From Nitrososphaerota archaeon (GTDB taxonomy: Archaea > Thermoproteota > Nitrososphaeria > Nitrososphaerales > Nitrosopumilaceae), in the NCBI GenBank assembly GCA_021325595.1, contig JAJPGX010000001.1, positions 47,491-79,490 of the forward strand: 32,000 nucleotides of DNA, in the 5' to 3' direction. The stretch's first letter is position 1; every line of letters starts with the position of its first letter. The translations under genes were made by a program, and so were the position numbers. Below, piece after piece: positions 21,210-29,910 of the stretch. Under the pieces are notes generated by a model. That model made no database searches. It had not been told where the DNA came from and was given only the letters and a program-made list of their open reading frames with translations.

Positions 21210-21560
21210 ATGTCAAAAGACACTCAAATAAAAGACTGGGACAAGATGTGGACTGAATTTAACAAATCTCTTAAATCTTGGATGGATTCGTTTGAATCAC
21301 TTCAAAAAGCAAACAATGAGGTGCAATCAAAGTACAACGATGTCATGGCAAAAGCCATGAAAGAATCTAGTGATAAAACACTAAATCAATTCACAGAAAA
21401 CTGGCAGAAAGCAATGAATCAAGCTGGAATAAACGCATTCAAACAGTTTGGAGAAAACTGGCAAAAAGTGATGAATCAGTCAGGAATGGATCAACTCAAG
21501 ACATACGGAGACATGATGAACAAATTTGCTGAAACATGGCAAAAAATGTGGAACAAATAA
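21210..21560 (+). CDS. small helical protein with 19-aa Trp-periodic repeats
   Basis: FTENWQKAMNQAGINAFKQ / FGENWQKVMNQSGMDQLKT / ...FAETWQKMWNK. The DNA repeat has a 57-nt period from 21390. Confidence 0.6.
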   Translation: MSKDTQIKDWDKMWTEFNKSLKSWMDSFESLQKANNEVQSKYNDVMAKAMKESSDKTLNQFTENWQKAMNQAGINAFKQFGENWQKVMNQSGMDQLKTYGDMMNKFAETWQKMWNK

Positions 21561-21797
21561 CCTCTCTCATCCTGTCTGTATCTGGTATCAAATGTTATAC
21601 CTGACCGGTACTAGGTTATCCTGTAAATGAAACCCAATGAAAACAAGATGCGACCTGGGCAGAATAGTACTGCTGATGATCTTTGGGTCGGGAATTTTGC
21701 CAATTGATAATAGTTGTTGCCAACTTTCTTAGCGATCCTAGCTAATGAACTATATGAGAGAAAGGTTTTTAATAATCGAAAATTTAGAACACACAAG

Positions 21798-23057
21798 TTG
21801 AATTACAAAGCGGTATTTGCTATTTTAGCAGTTAGTGTTCTTTCTATAATGTTGGCATCATCTTCAGCATATGCTGTAGTAAGCACAACTAGAACTAGCG
21901 AAGCAGTTGTAAATGAACAATCAACAATTACACTTTCCGGTGAAAATTCATATGATCCGGACAAGGAATCCCTCACATATCTGTGGGAACAAGTCTCTGG
22001 CGAGTCGGTAACCATTTCTGATCCGACTGCTTCTGAAATCACTTTTACAACGCCAGCAGTAGCTCCACATCAAACCAAAGATCTAGTGTTTGCATTATCT
22101 GTTTTTGATCCTCACAAGGCAACCAGCATAACAGAATACACGCTTCATGTTGTTCATGTGAATCATCCTCCTGTTGTTACAACAGATCATGAATTGACAG
22201 TTGTTGAAGGAACCAGTGTAAGTCTAACTGCATCAGCATCTGACCCAGATAATGATCCGTTGACATACAAATGGACTCAAACTAATGGTGACTCTGTTAA
22301 ATTGGACACCACTACTGACCTGACAACAATGTTTGTTGCTCCTGCAGTTGGGGCTTCCCCAGAAAAGACTTTGAGTTTTACAATAACTGCTGATGATGGA
22401 AACGGTGGCACAGGATCAGATACTGTTACGGTGCATGTGCTAGGTGCATCAGCTTATCATATTCCAACGCTTAGCTGCAATGATATCATTAGAGCACACG
22501 AAGGCGGTCAAATTACACTTGCTGAAAGCGTAGATAATCCAGATAATCTTCCATTAACATATCAGTGGACTCAAGTCTCTGGAATGCCAGTTCCTCTATC
22601 TGGCGCGACAAGTGCTTCACCATCAGTACAGCTTCCGTTGGGTGCTGGAGGAAGTGAAGTTGCATTCCAGTTAATTGTAATGCAAGGAACAAACATTGTA
22701 GGTTCATGTGAACAATATGTTTACATTGCTCCACCAGAGCCAGGAAAACCACCAGTAGCTAACGCTGGTCCTGACGCAGTTGTTAATACTGGCGACTTGA
22801 TAACTTTGGATGGATCAAAGAGCACTGGTCAATACATACAATATTCATGGGTACAAGTTGCAGGAGAACCAGTAACACTAGTTAATGCAAAATCAGTGCA
22901 TCCAACATTTGTAGCGCCAGATGTTGCAATTGGTGACACGAAAGAACTGGTCTTCACCTTAACTGTGAATAATGCATTTGGTAAAGATGCTGCATCGGTT
23001 CACATATTGGTAGTACATAAGAACCAATCACCAGATGCAATAATCGTACTGAAATAG
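21798..23057 (+). CDS. secreted protein with four PKD/REJ-like Ig-fold repeats
   Basis: I prefer TTG 21798, which gives (M)NYKAVFAILAVSVLSIMLASSSAYA/VV, over the ORF-track TTG 21714. Repeat signature: LTYLWEQVSGESVTIS, LTYKWTQTNGDSVKLD, LTYQWTQVSGMPVPLS, IQYSWVQVAGEPVTLV. No TM anchor. Confidence 0.75.
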   Translation: MNYKAVFAILAVSVLSIMLASSSAYAVVSTTRTSEAVVNEQSTITLSGENSYDPDKESLTYLWEQVSGESVTISDPTASEITFTTPAVAPHQTKDLVFALSVFDPHKATSITEYTLHVVHVNHPPVVTTDHELTVVEGTSVSLTASASDPDNDPLTYKWTQTNGDSVKLDTTTDLTTMFVAPAVGASPEKTLSFTITADDGNGGTGSDTVTVHVLGASAYHIPTLSCNDIIRAHEGGQITLAESVDNPDNLPLTYQWTQVSGMPVPLSGATSASPSVQLPLGAGGSEVAFQLIVMQGTNIVGSCEQYVYIAPPEPGKPPVANAGPDAVVNTGDLITLDGSKSTGQYIQYSWVQVAGEPVTLVNAKSVHPTFVAPDVAIGDTKELVFTLTVNNAFGKDAASVHILVVHKNQSPDAIIVLK

Positions 23058-23158
23058 TGTTTTAAACACTACCATAACTTCCCTTTTGTAAATACTCTAA
23101 ATTGCTTAGTAGAACCGATGTGATCGGTTTAATTAAAACCCGATAATATTTTCATTTG

Positions 23159-24817
23159 ATGAAAAAAGGACTTGTAGTCTTTGCTACATTGTTGATTTTT
23201 AATATTGTCGTACTATCGATAAATAACGCAGATGCAAAAACCCAAGTTCAAACAATTATTCCAACTGATCTAGTTGCTACTGCGGTATCTCCTACGCAAA
23301 TTGATCTACACTGGAATGCTCCTACGCAAAACTATGGCAAAGTCATTACCGGATATAAGATTGAAGAGAGACTTTCTAGTGGGGCATATTATGTTTTAGT
23401 TGAAAACACTGGTAGTACTATTACTGTATATTCTATCACTGGACTAACTACTGGCAAGACGTATGCTTATAGGGTGTCAGCCGTGTATTCTGATGATACC
23501 AGTACTGATCCATCAAATACTGCATATGCAACTCCAACTACAGACTCGACCTCATCAATGCCATCCTCATCTCCAACTGGGCAAGAAACTAACGTAAAAT
23601 TTGATTTTACGCCATCTGATGGAACCACATTGGTAGGTACTGTAATAACAAGAATAGATTACCAACAACTTCAATACGAAAAAGATCCTCGAAGTCTAAT
23701 TACTAACGTAGTTTCAACTCTACAATCAATAAATAACAACCTCAAAGGCATACTGGCATATCAAAACTCTCACTTGAGTGATGATACAGTCCCAGGGCCG
23801 CTTGTTGCAAAAGCAGTCTCTCCAACTCAGATAGATTTGTCATGGTTAGAACCAATAGAAAAATACAGCAAAGTTATCATTGGATATAAAATTGAATGGA
23901 AACGAGCACCAGGAGATTATGTAGATGTAGATGATAACACTGGAAATAGAACTACAAAATATTCTGTTTATCCGTTATCTCCTGGAACAACCTATACTTA
24001 TCGTGTATCGGCAATCTATAATGACAACACACGAACTAACCCATCTAATGAAGCAACTACTACTACCATGTTGGTTCAACAATATCAGTCTAACACAACA
24101 ACAATTACACCACCAGCAAATAAAAATACAAGTACCAGTACATCAAATCAACAACAAAATAATCCGGTGTCTCAACCTACTCAGAATAATGTTAAATTTG
24201 ATTTAATGGCTCCAGATGGAACCAATCTAAATGGCGTAATTTTAACACAGGCAGATTATCAACAGTTTATAGTGATCAAAGATCCTCGAAGTATGATATC
24301 TAATGTAATGCAAACATCTGATACAATAAACAATAGCCTTGCAGGCCTTATCAGATTCCAAGACATTCATGTTCCAAAACCGACTATTATACAACCAACT
24401 GTAACCACGCCTGCGCCAGACTCTTCACATCAGGATAATTCACTTGTCCAAGGTGTTGCTACATATGTCATAGCGTTACTCTCTGTAGGAGCAATTACTT
24501 GGTTTGCCCGAACAAAGATTGCTAAAAAAATATCAAAGGAGTATCATTTTACGCTAGAAAAATACCAGGAAGGTGACAATCTGTATGTTAGAATTAGAAA
24601 TAGCGGAGAAACCATAGAGAACTCGGTAATATTTTGCGAAAAAGAAGCATGTGTATGGACTGATACCAATACTAGCAAACCAAGACATATCTATGAAGGT
24701 AGCATCTCAGCAGTAAAGATTCCCCAAACCTATGTGGATACAAATCCGTTAATTATAATCAAGAGCACAAAAAAATCGCTACGAAAAACAAGACTTGATG
24801 ATATGGCCTCTGGCTAA
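23159..24817 (+). CDS. single-pass surface protein with duplicated FN3-plus-unknown-domain module and ~95-aa cytoplasmic tail
   Basis: Signal peptide. FN3 units: PTDLVATAVSPTQIDLHWNAP...YAYRVSAVY and PGPLVAKAVSPTQIDLSWLEP...YTYRVSAIY. Each is followed by NVKFD[FL]..PDGT.L.G...DYQQ...KDPRS. Then TM ATYVIALLSVGAITWFA followed by RTKIAKK. Confidence 0.8.
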   Translation: MKKGLVVFATLLIFNIVVLSINNADAKTQVQTIIPTDLVATAVSPTQIDLHWNAPTQNYGKVITGYKIEERLSSGAYYVLVENTGSTITVYSITGLTTGKTYAYRVSAVYSDDTSTDPSNTAYATPTTDSTSSMPSSSPTGQETNVKFDFTPSDGTTLVGTVITRIDYQQLQYEKDPRSLITNVVSTLQSINNNLKGILAYQNSHLSDDTVPGPLVAKAVSPTQIDLSWLEPIEKYSKVIIGYKIEWKRAPGDYVDVDDNTGNRTTKYSVYPLSPGTTYTYRVSAIYNDNTRTNPSNEATTTTMLVQQYQSNTTTITPPANKNTSTSTSNQQQNNPVSQPTQNNVKFDLMAPDGTNLNGVILTQADYQQFIVIKDPRSMISNVMQTSDTINNSLAGLIRFQDIHVPKPTIIQPTVTTPAPDSSHQDNSLVQGVATYVIALLSVGAITWFARTKIAKKISKEYHFTLEKYQEGDNLYVRIRNSGETIENSVIFCEKEACVWTDTNTSKPRHIYEGSISAVKIPQTYVDTNPLIIIKSTKKSLRKTRLDDMASG

Positions 24818-24845
24818 AAAATTTGTTAAACAAAAATTTGTGTGT

Positions 24846-25538
24846 CTAGGTTCTCTGAACAGTTCCTAGACTGTTAAATTGATTCTGGACCTTTCCGTCA
24901 GCAAAGTTGTGTGCTATGTTTAATTTTGCATTCTCGCTCACTAGATCCGATTTATGCGTGGCGGCTGCGTTGTAGTATGATTGTAACGCCTCTTGTATTG
25001 AACCGCCATTTTGTAACACTGCACTCATGGCAAGCTTTGCTTGCATGACTTTGTTTTGGGTGTAACTGAACTCATCCCAGAATAAGCTCTTTGTTGAGTT
25101 ATCTACTTGGCTAACAAAACCGGCGTATGCATTTTGCGGTGTACTTAGATTATTTGAATTATGCATGCTTGCCAAGTCTGCTTGAAGATACTCATTTGCA
25201 ATCTTGCGTTGCTGTTCAATGAATTGTTGCTGTTGATCGATTATCTGTTGTCTTTGTTGTGTTGCAGCGTAATTTTGCTTGAACAATTCTATGTTGCATA
25301 ATATTCTCACCGAAGCCGGATCGTTAATCAAATTACTGCTTGCCTTTATCTTTGCTCCATTGGGACAAGTTGCTCCTGTCTCTGCCCACGCAGACCCAAA
25401 ACCGCTTATGGCAAACAAAAGCATTCCTATTCCAGCTATTGCGGCTATTTGCATCTTGTTTTTTTTGCTGATTCTAGTCTTAGAATCATAATCATATTTT
25501 GACACGTTTTCTGTTTTCTCTTTGTTCATTCTCTTCAT
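24846..25538 (-). CDS. signal-anchored or secreted helical protein with Gln-rich coiled segment
   Basis: N-terminal basic region, then TM MQIAAIAGIGMLLFAISGFGSAWA. QQRQQIIDQQQQFIEQQRKIANEYL. A GGAGGTG motif lies just upstream. Confidence 0.6.
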   Translation of the reverse strand: MKRMNKEKTENVSKYDYDSKTRISKKNKMQIAAIAGIGMLLFAISGFGSAWAETGATCPNGAKIKASSNLINDPASVRILCNIELFKQNYAATQQRQQIIDQQQQFIEQQRKIANEYLQADLASMHNSNNLSTPQNAYAGFVSQVDNSTKSLFWDEFSYTQNKVMQAKLAMSAVLQNGGSIQEALQSYYNAAATHKSDLVSENAKLNIAHNFADGKVQNQFNSLGTVQRT

Positions 25539-25616
25539 TTCACCTCCTAGATTCTCCCGACAACACTTTGGTTGTTTCGTCCGAATTTCACGGACTCGTC
25601 AGGGGATTTTTGTCTG

Positions 25617-25841
25617 TCATATTGTCAATATAGCTTGAACGACTTGTTCTGTGGCATCAGTTATGCCTTCTTTGAGAATTGCACTGATGACTTTCTTGTA
25701 CCCACTACATCTTTCTGAATGTACGAGTAGGTGTTTTGTACAAAAATTGCTTCCACATTTTGTACAAAGTCTGAAGCATTTTTGACCACATATACAACAT
25801 TTTGTGTCTTCTGTTTTTTCAATTGTCGGAGTTGTTGTCAT
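25617..25841 (-). CDS. small cross-brace zinc-finger protein (HIT/AN1/MYND-like ligand pattern)
   Basis: 74 aa. The ligand pattern is C15-x2-C18-x7-C26-x2-C29-x4-C34-x2-H37-x3-H41-x3-C45, in CCICGQKCFRLCTKCGSNFCTKHLLVHSERC. Confidence 0.65.
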   Translation of the reverse strand: MTTTPTIEKTEDTKCCICGQKCFRLCTKCGSNFCTKHLLVHSERCSGYKKVISAILKEGITDATEQVVQAILTI

Positions 25842-26055
25842 GATATTAATTGGCTGAAAAATTATAAATCAATTTGAACACATTTTGCAACAGAAATGTT
25901 GTGATGATTCTGTGCACAATTTTTCATAAATATTGTTTCTAGTATGGCAAAACAACATTTTTGCGACAAATTTGTAGTAAATGTTTTTAATAATACTATG
26001 CAGTTTGGTGAGTATGGTAGGTAGAGTAATCGAAAATAATGAAGGCACAGTACCA

Positions 26056-26781
26056 ATGAAAAACATGACCAAAAATGGTATAAGCCCTTTAGATGTACTC
26101 ATATTGCATGTTTTACAAAGCGGGGCAACGCCTGATACTGCAAATAAAGAACTTGAAAAACGTGGATATGTTTTGTCACGTGATAGTGTAAAAAACCGTA
26201 TCGATAAATTGATAAAAAAAGGTGTTATAGTTGAACACAATCATTCCGAGGATAGTAAAAGAGACGATAAAATAAAATGGATACTTGTAGACCCAAGTAA
26301 GTTATTTGATAACCAATGGTACACCTTCATCAAATCTCAAAATCCACTCTTTGAGCGTAGGGTTATTCCATATTCTGAAATGTACAGTAATCTTGTTGAA
26401 ATAAGCCATGAATATGATATTGTCACATCAATAGATCTTGTACAGGGTGAAGGACAAAATTACGACTTTATTCTAAGGATAGCCACTAACGAATTGCATC
26501 TTTTTGAAGAAATGGTAGAAAAAATCAGATCACTTGGTTGGGTCAGTTCAGTTGATAGTAAACCAATTCATGTTCTTGAGGGGATAGGTATATCAAAAAA
26601 TAATTTAACCAAAGTGCATATGAATTACTTTTATCAACCAATTAAACTACCACCATTTGACTCTTATCTAAAAAGAGTAAGACAAGTGCTTAGAACATAT
26701 GACGAATACATAAAGGAAGAAAGTGCATCTAAACAAAAAGTAGCCAAGAAGAAAGGAAGCGGCGATGTTGAGAATGCATAG
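26056..26781 (+). CDS. Lrp/AsnC-family transcriptional regulator with Lys/Glu-rich C-terminal extension
   Basis: I prefer ATG 26056 (MKNMTKNGISPLDVLILHVL...). wHTH followed by a RAM-like domain: WYTFIKSQ...YDIVTSIDLVQGEGQNYDFILRIATNELHLFEEMVEKIRSLGWVSSVDSKPI. Confidence 0.7.
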   Translation: MKNMTKNGISPLDVLILHVLQSGATPDTANKELEKRGYVLSRDSVKNRIDKLIKKGVIVEHNHSEDSKRDDKIKWILVDPSKLFDNQWYTFIKSQNPLFERRVIPYSEMYSNLVEISHEYDIVTSIDLVQGEGQNYDFILRIATNELHLFEEMVEKIRSLGWVSSVDSKPIHVLEGIGISKNNLTKVHMNYFYQPIKLPPFDSYLKRVRQVLRTYDEYIKEESASKQKVAKKKGSGDVENA

Positions 26782-26783
26782 AA

Positions 26784-27944
26784 ATGGTCTTGGCAGATCT
26801 TCAAAAAAATTCTTTGATAATTAATTGCTCTACATGTGGCTCAGAACTTGAGATAAAATTAACAACATCAATTAAAGAACAGACTATTCGATGTGGAAAT
26901 TGTAACTCAAACTATTCATTCAAAAATGGATATCTGAATCTACTCCCGCCTGTAATTCGAAAAGAGATATGTAAAAAGGGAATGCTGACAAGAAAAATAA
27001 AAGATCATTTTCATATCGAAAATTTGACAAAAAATGAGCACGATCTGATCAAAGGAATAATTGCAAGCAAGAATATGGCAAAACAGTATTTCAAAAATGT
27101 AGTTCATCCCATGGAAGCATCTTGGTCGGCCAGAGCTTACGAACGCTATGAGGACTTGATGATTACAAATTATCTTGACTCTTTATTAGATGACAAAAAA
27201 GTGACGTTTGTTGACGCTGGTTCAGGTCCGGGAAGATATCTCATTTTGTTAGGTTCAAAAATGATTCAAGACTCGTGCAAAGATCTTAAAAAAAATCCAG
27301 AGACTGCAAAACTTTATCAATTTGATAAAAAATACGCAAATAATCTGCAATATGTAGTGGGCATAGATTATTCTGAGGAAATGATTTCATATTCTACAAA
27401 ATTACTAAAAAAATATGGTCTTGGTCAGCTATTAAACAAAAAAATATTTCCAGTTGTGGGGGTGGCGCAAAATTTTCATTTTAACCCACGTTTGCTAGTG
27501 GATACGCATAAAGTAGTTGTGTGTACATTTCAAACTCTTGGCAATCAAGAAAATGTGGATTTACAAGTAGAGATGCTAAAATCTATGAAGAATCTTGCAA
27601 CTCCTCATGGTACTTTGATAATTTCCGTTTTTAATAAAAAACTCTTCAAGGATTTTGGTCTACAGAAATTCTATGGAAGGGAAGTACGGAGAACCGTAGG
27701 TGAAATAATCAACACAAAAGATGACATAGAAAACGCTGTACTTAGAACAAGTAAAGGAGTCTACTCTAAATGGTTCTCAAAAAAGGATCTTGACTCTTTA
27801 CTTTTAAAATCTGGCATATCAAAATTCAAAATTATGGATGAAAGTAACATTGAACCAATATCTGGTTTTGAGGAATATCTTGATATTGACGAACAAAAAA
27901 ATCAAGTTTTCCCACGCGCGATAATTGCAATAGCTGAAATCTAA
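26784..27944 (+). CDS. class I SAM-dependent methyltransferase with N-terminal Trm112-like zinc ribbon
   Basis: CSTCGSELE...CGNCNSNYSFKNGYLNLLP. Motif I VTFVDAGSGPGRYL. Acidic end of beta-2, VVGIDYSEEM. Starts 2 nt after the Lrp-like stop codon. Confidence 0.8.
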   Translation: MVLADLQKNSLIINCSTCGSELEIKLTTSIKEQTIRCGNCNSNYSFKNGYLNLLPPVIRKEICKKGMLTRKIKDHFHIENLTKNEHDLIKGIIASKNMAKQYFKNVVHPMEASWSARAYERYEDLMITNYLDSLLDDKKVTFVDAGSGPGRYLILLGSKMIQDSCKDLKKNPETAKLYQFDKKYANNLQYVVGIDYSEEMISYSTKLLKKYGLGQLLNKKIFPVVGVAQNFHFNPRLLVDTHKVVVCTFQTLGNQENVDLQVEMLKSMKNLATPHGTLIISVFNKKLFKDFGLQKFYGREVRRTVGEIINTKDDIENAVLRTSKGVYSKWFSKKDLDSLLLKSGISKFKIMDESNIEPISGFEEYLDIDEQKNQVFPRAIIAIAEI

Positions 27945-27976
27945 ACCTCGCTAATCGCTTTTATCTGGGATAGTTT

Positions 27977-28525
27977 TTGCATTTTGTGTTGTCTGAAGAT
28001 CTAGTGAACGCAATACAGCAGCTTTTGATATTGGGAAAAGGTGATTCTGGAAGGTTGGAATATGCTCTTGATTTGTTAAGAAAGGGGAGAGCATTGCCCG
28101 AATCTGATCAAAAATATCTGCAAAATATTATATCATTATACCTTGGCTCAAAAGAACCAGAACTTTATCAAAAAAACATGGAATCTACAGTAGAACAATT
28201 GCATCAAGAGATACAACGTTTGAATGAAAAAATTGACAAATTTGAAAAACAAGGTTTTGAAAAATATGTTGGTAGAAAAACTATTCTTTTTTTCATTACC
28301 GTTTTTGTAGGTTGGAACGCATTACAATCATTTATTCAACAAAGTTTAGGTACTGTAACCTCATCTGATCTCACACAATATCTTTTTCCACTACGCATGG
28401 TGTTAAGTCACTACAATAGTGATCTTCCTTGGTTTGTATTTGTGATTGTCTTGCTAGCGTGGCCGTTTATAGGCTCAATACATCTAGTAAAATTCATCCA
28501 ATCAAGAAAGAGATTGAAAAAGTAG
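27977..28525 (+). CDS. membrane protein: cytoplasmic helical N-domain, coiled coil and two TM helices
   Basis: TTG start. VEQLHQEIQRLNEKIDKFEKQ forms the coiled coil. TM helices are ILFFITVFVGWNALQSFI and LPWFVFVIVLLAWPFIGSI. Confidence 0.55.
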   Translation: MHFVLSEDLVNAIQQLLILGKGDSGRLEYALDLLRKGRALPESDQKYLQNIISLYLGSKEPELYQKNMESTVEQLHQEIQRLNEKIDKFEKQGFEKYVGRKTILFFITVFVGWNALQSFIQQSLGTVTSSDLTQYLFPLRMVLSHYNSDLPWFVFVIVLLAWPFIGSIHLVKFIQSRKRLKK

Positions 28526-28526
28526 C

Positions 28527-29855
28527 CTATTGGAGTTTAAGTCTATAATAATCCCATCTTTCTGGGTCAAATTGTTTTACAAATTCTATTGCGTCTCTTC
28601 GTTTGATTCTATTTTCTATTACTTCACGCATGGCAAAACTAGTCAAGTATTTGTAGCCTTTTGATTGTGCTTGCATATTGAACAAAAGCCTCATCTCCCT
28701 GCCACCTTTTTGTCCCCAATAGCCAATTCTAATTGCAAGTGGTTCCATGAAAACTGTATTATTCAAACCATAATTAACATCGTTAATCTCTTGACGAAGT
28801 TTGTATCTTTCTAATGGGCCACCTTTCGTAAATCCTATTACAGGTCCAGTCTCATTGCCCAATCTCAGTGTATTGAGAATTGTATCTTTATTCGTTACTG
28901 ATTCTGCAAATTCATCTTTCCCAAACTGAAGTGGCTTTGGTAATTGGCCATGTATCTCCATTAGAGTTTTTACGAATTGAGGATCCATTCTTCTAGACAT
29001 AGGTTCTATAGTTGGGTGAAACTTTGCATTATCGTAAACAAGCGATGCTTCTATCTGTATTTCTTGTTCACGTAATTTCATAAATGCTAAAACATTATCC
29101 ATGAATGTTTTTCTCATCTCTTTTGGTAGTGCACGTAATACTCGCTGGCACATCTCATTATCGTTATTTAGTAGATCTTCAAAAAATGCAACAGATCTTC
29201 TTACTGTGTAATACGGATGCCAGCCTAGCGCATGTGAGTTTTTTTGTGCCATCTCCATAGCTTTAGGGAAATCTCCCAATGCATATCCACCTATCCTATC
29301 TGAGACAGACAAGAACCATCCTAACGTTCTGAAATGTTCTCTTTTTCCACTGTCGTCTTTTGTAATGCTTGATGTCATCATGTATGATTCAATTTTTTTC
29401 TCCATTTCTTGTTTTATGATATCACTCCATGGATATGTTGTTCTCAAAATCAACGCAGCAATTAGGTTCTTGTCTATGTTAGCATCTTTTAACAATTCAT
29501 TTACTTTATCATCGGTTACAACAAATCTTACTGCATCTTCTTCATGTGGTTTATCTACTTTTTTCTGTGGGTCATAATCATGGAAAAGTGATGCTACAAA
29601 AAGATATGGAAAATCTTCTGATTTTATTTGCCCGTTTGATTTTTCCGATTGTGCTGCAAGAAGGGTAACATATGTTACTTCTAATTCGTGAATTATGTTG
29701 TGATATCCAAAATAATCTTCACCAAGCCCTTTGCTGTTAAACAAATCTATGGTATAATCAAGTATGTTAGAATAGCATGTTCTATCAAAGCCATTTGCAA
29801 CCATGAGTTTTTGAATCTCTTCCCGTAACTGTATTGGGTTTTGATTCTGTAACAA
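28527..29855 (-). CDS. HD-domain phosphohydrolase fused to a GNAT-like C-terminal domain
   Basis: HD ligands: YHNIIHELEV, SLFHDYDP, VSDRIGGY. The C-terminus GPVIGFTKGG...FMEPLAIRIGYWGQKGGREMRLLFNMQAQSKGYKYLTSFA resembles GNAT beta4-alphaC (motif A). TTG start at 29855, first ATG at 29804. Confidence 0.6.
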   Translation of the reverse strand: MLQNQNPIQLREEIQKLMVANGFDRTCYSNILDYTIDLFNSKGLGEDYFGYHNIIHELEVTYVTLLAAQSEKSNGQIKSEDFPYLFVASLFHDYDPQKKVDKPHEEDAVRFVVTDDKVNELLKDANIDKNLIAALILRTTYPWSDIIKQEMEKKIESYMMTSSITKDDSGKREHFRTLGWFLSVSDRIGGYALGDFPKAMEMAQKNSHALGWHPYYTVRRSVAFFEDLLNNDNEMCQRVLRALPKEMRKTFMDNVLAFMKLREQEIQIEASLVYDNAKFHPTIEPMSRRMDPQFVKTLMEIHGQLPKPLQFGKDEFAESVTNKDTILNTLRLGNETGPVIGFTKGGPLERYKLRQEINDVNYGLNNTVFMEPLAIRIGYWGQKGGREMRLLFNMQAQSKGYKYLTSFAMREVIENRIKRRDAIEFVKQFDPERWDYYRLKLQ

Positions 29856-29910
29856 CAGAATTGGAAATTGATCTTGTAGGTTTTAAGTTATACCATGAGT
29901 GTCATATTTT

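Noticed and set aside
25842-26055. Short palindromes (tgtgcaca; gcaaaa-N6-ttttgc) in the divergent Zn-finger/Lrp promoter region, considered as Lrp operators
   Set aside because: The arms are 6-8 bp and AT-rich, which is not distinguishable from background by eye. They are worth testing only together with Lrp binding data.
20790-26240. ORFs 20790-20984(-), 21611-21796(-), 21803-22042(-), 22513-22752(-), 23931-24206(+), 25279-25491(+), 25862-26056(-) and 25869-26240(-)
   Set aside because: Each is a shadow, an alternative-frame ORF overlapping a better-supported gene, or lies in a promoter region. None has a recognisable motif.
29365-29577. ORF 29365-29577(+)
   Set aside because: It is antisense to the HD-GNAT-like gene.
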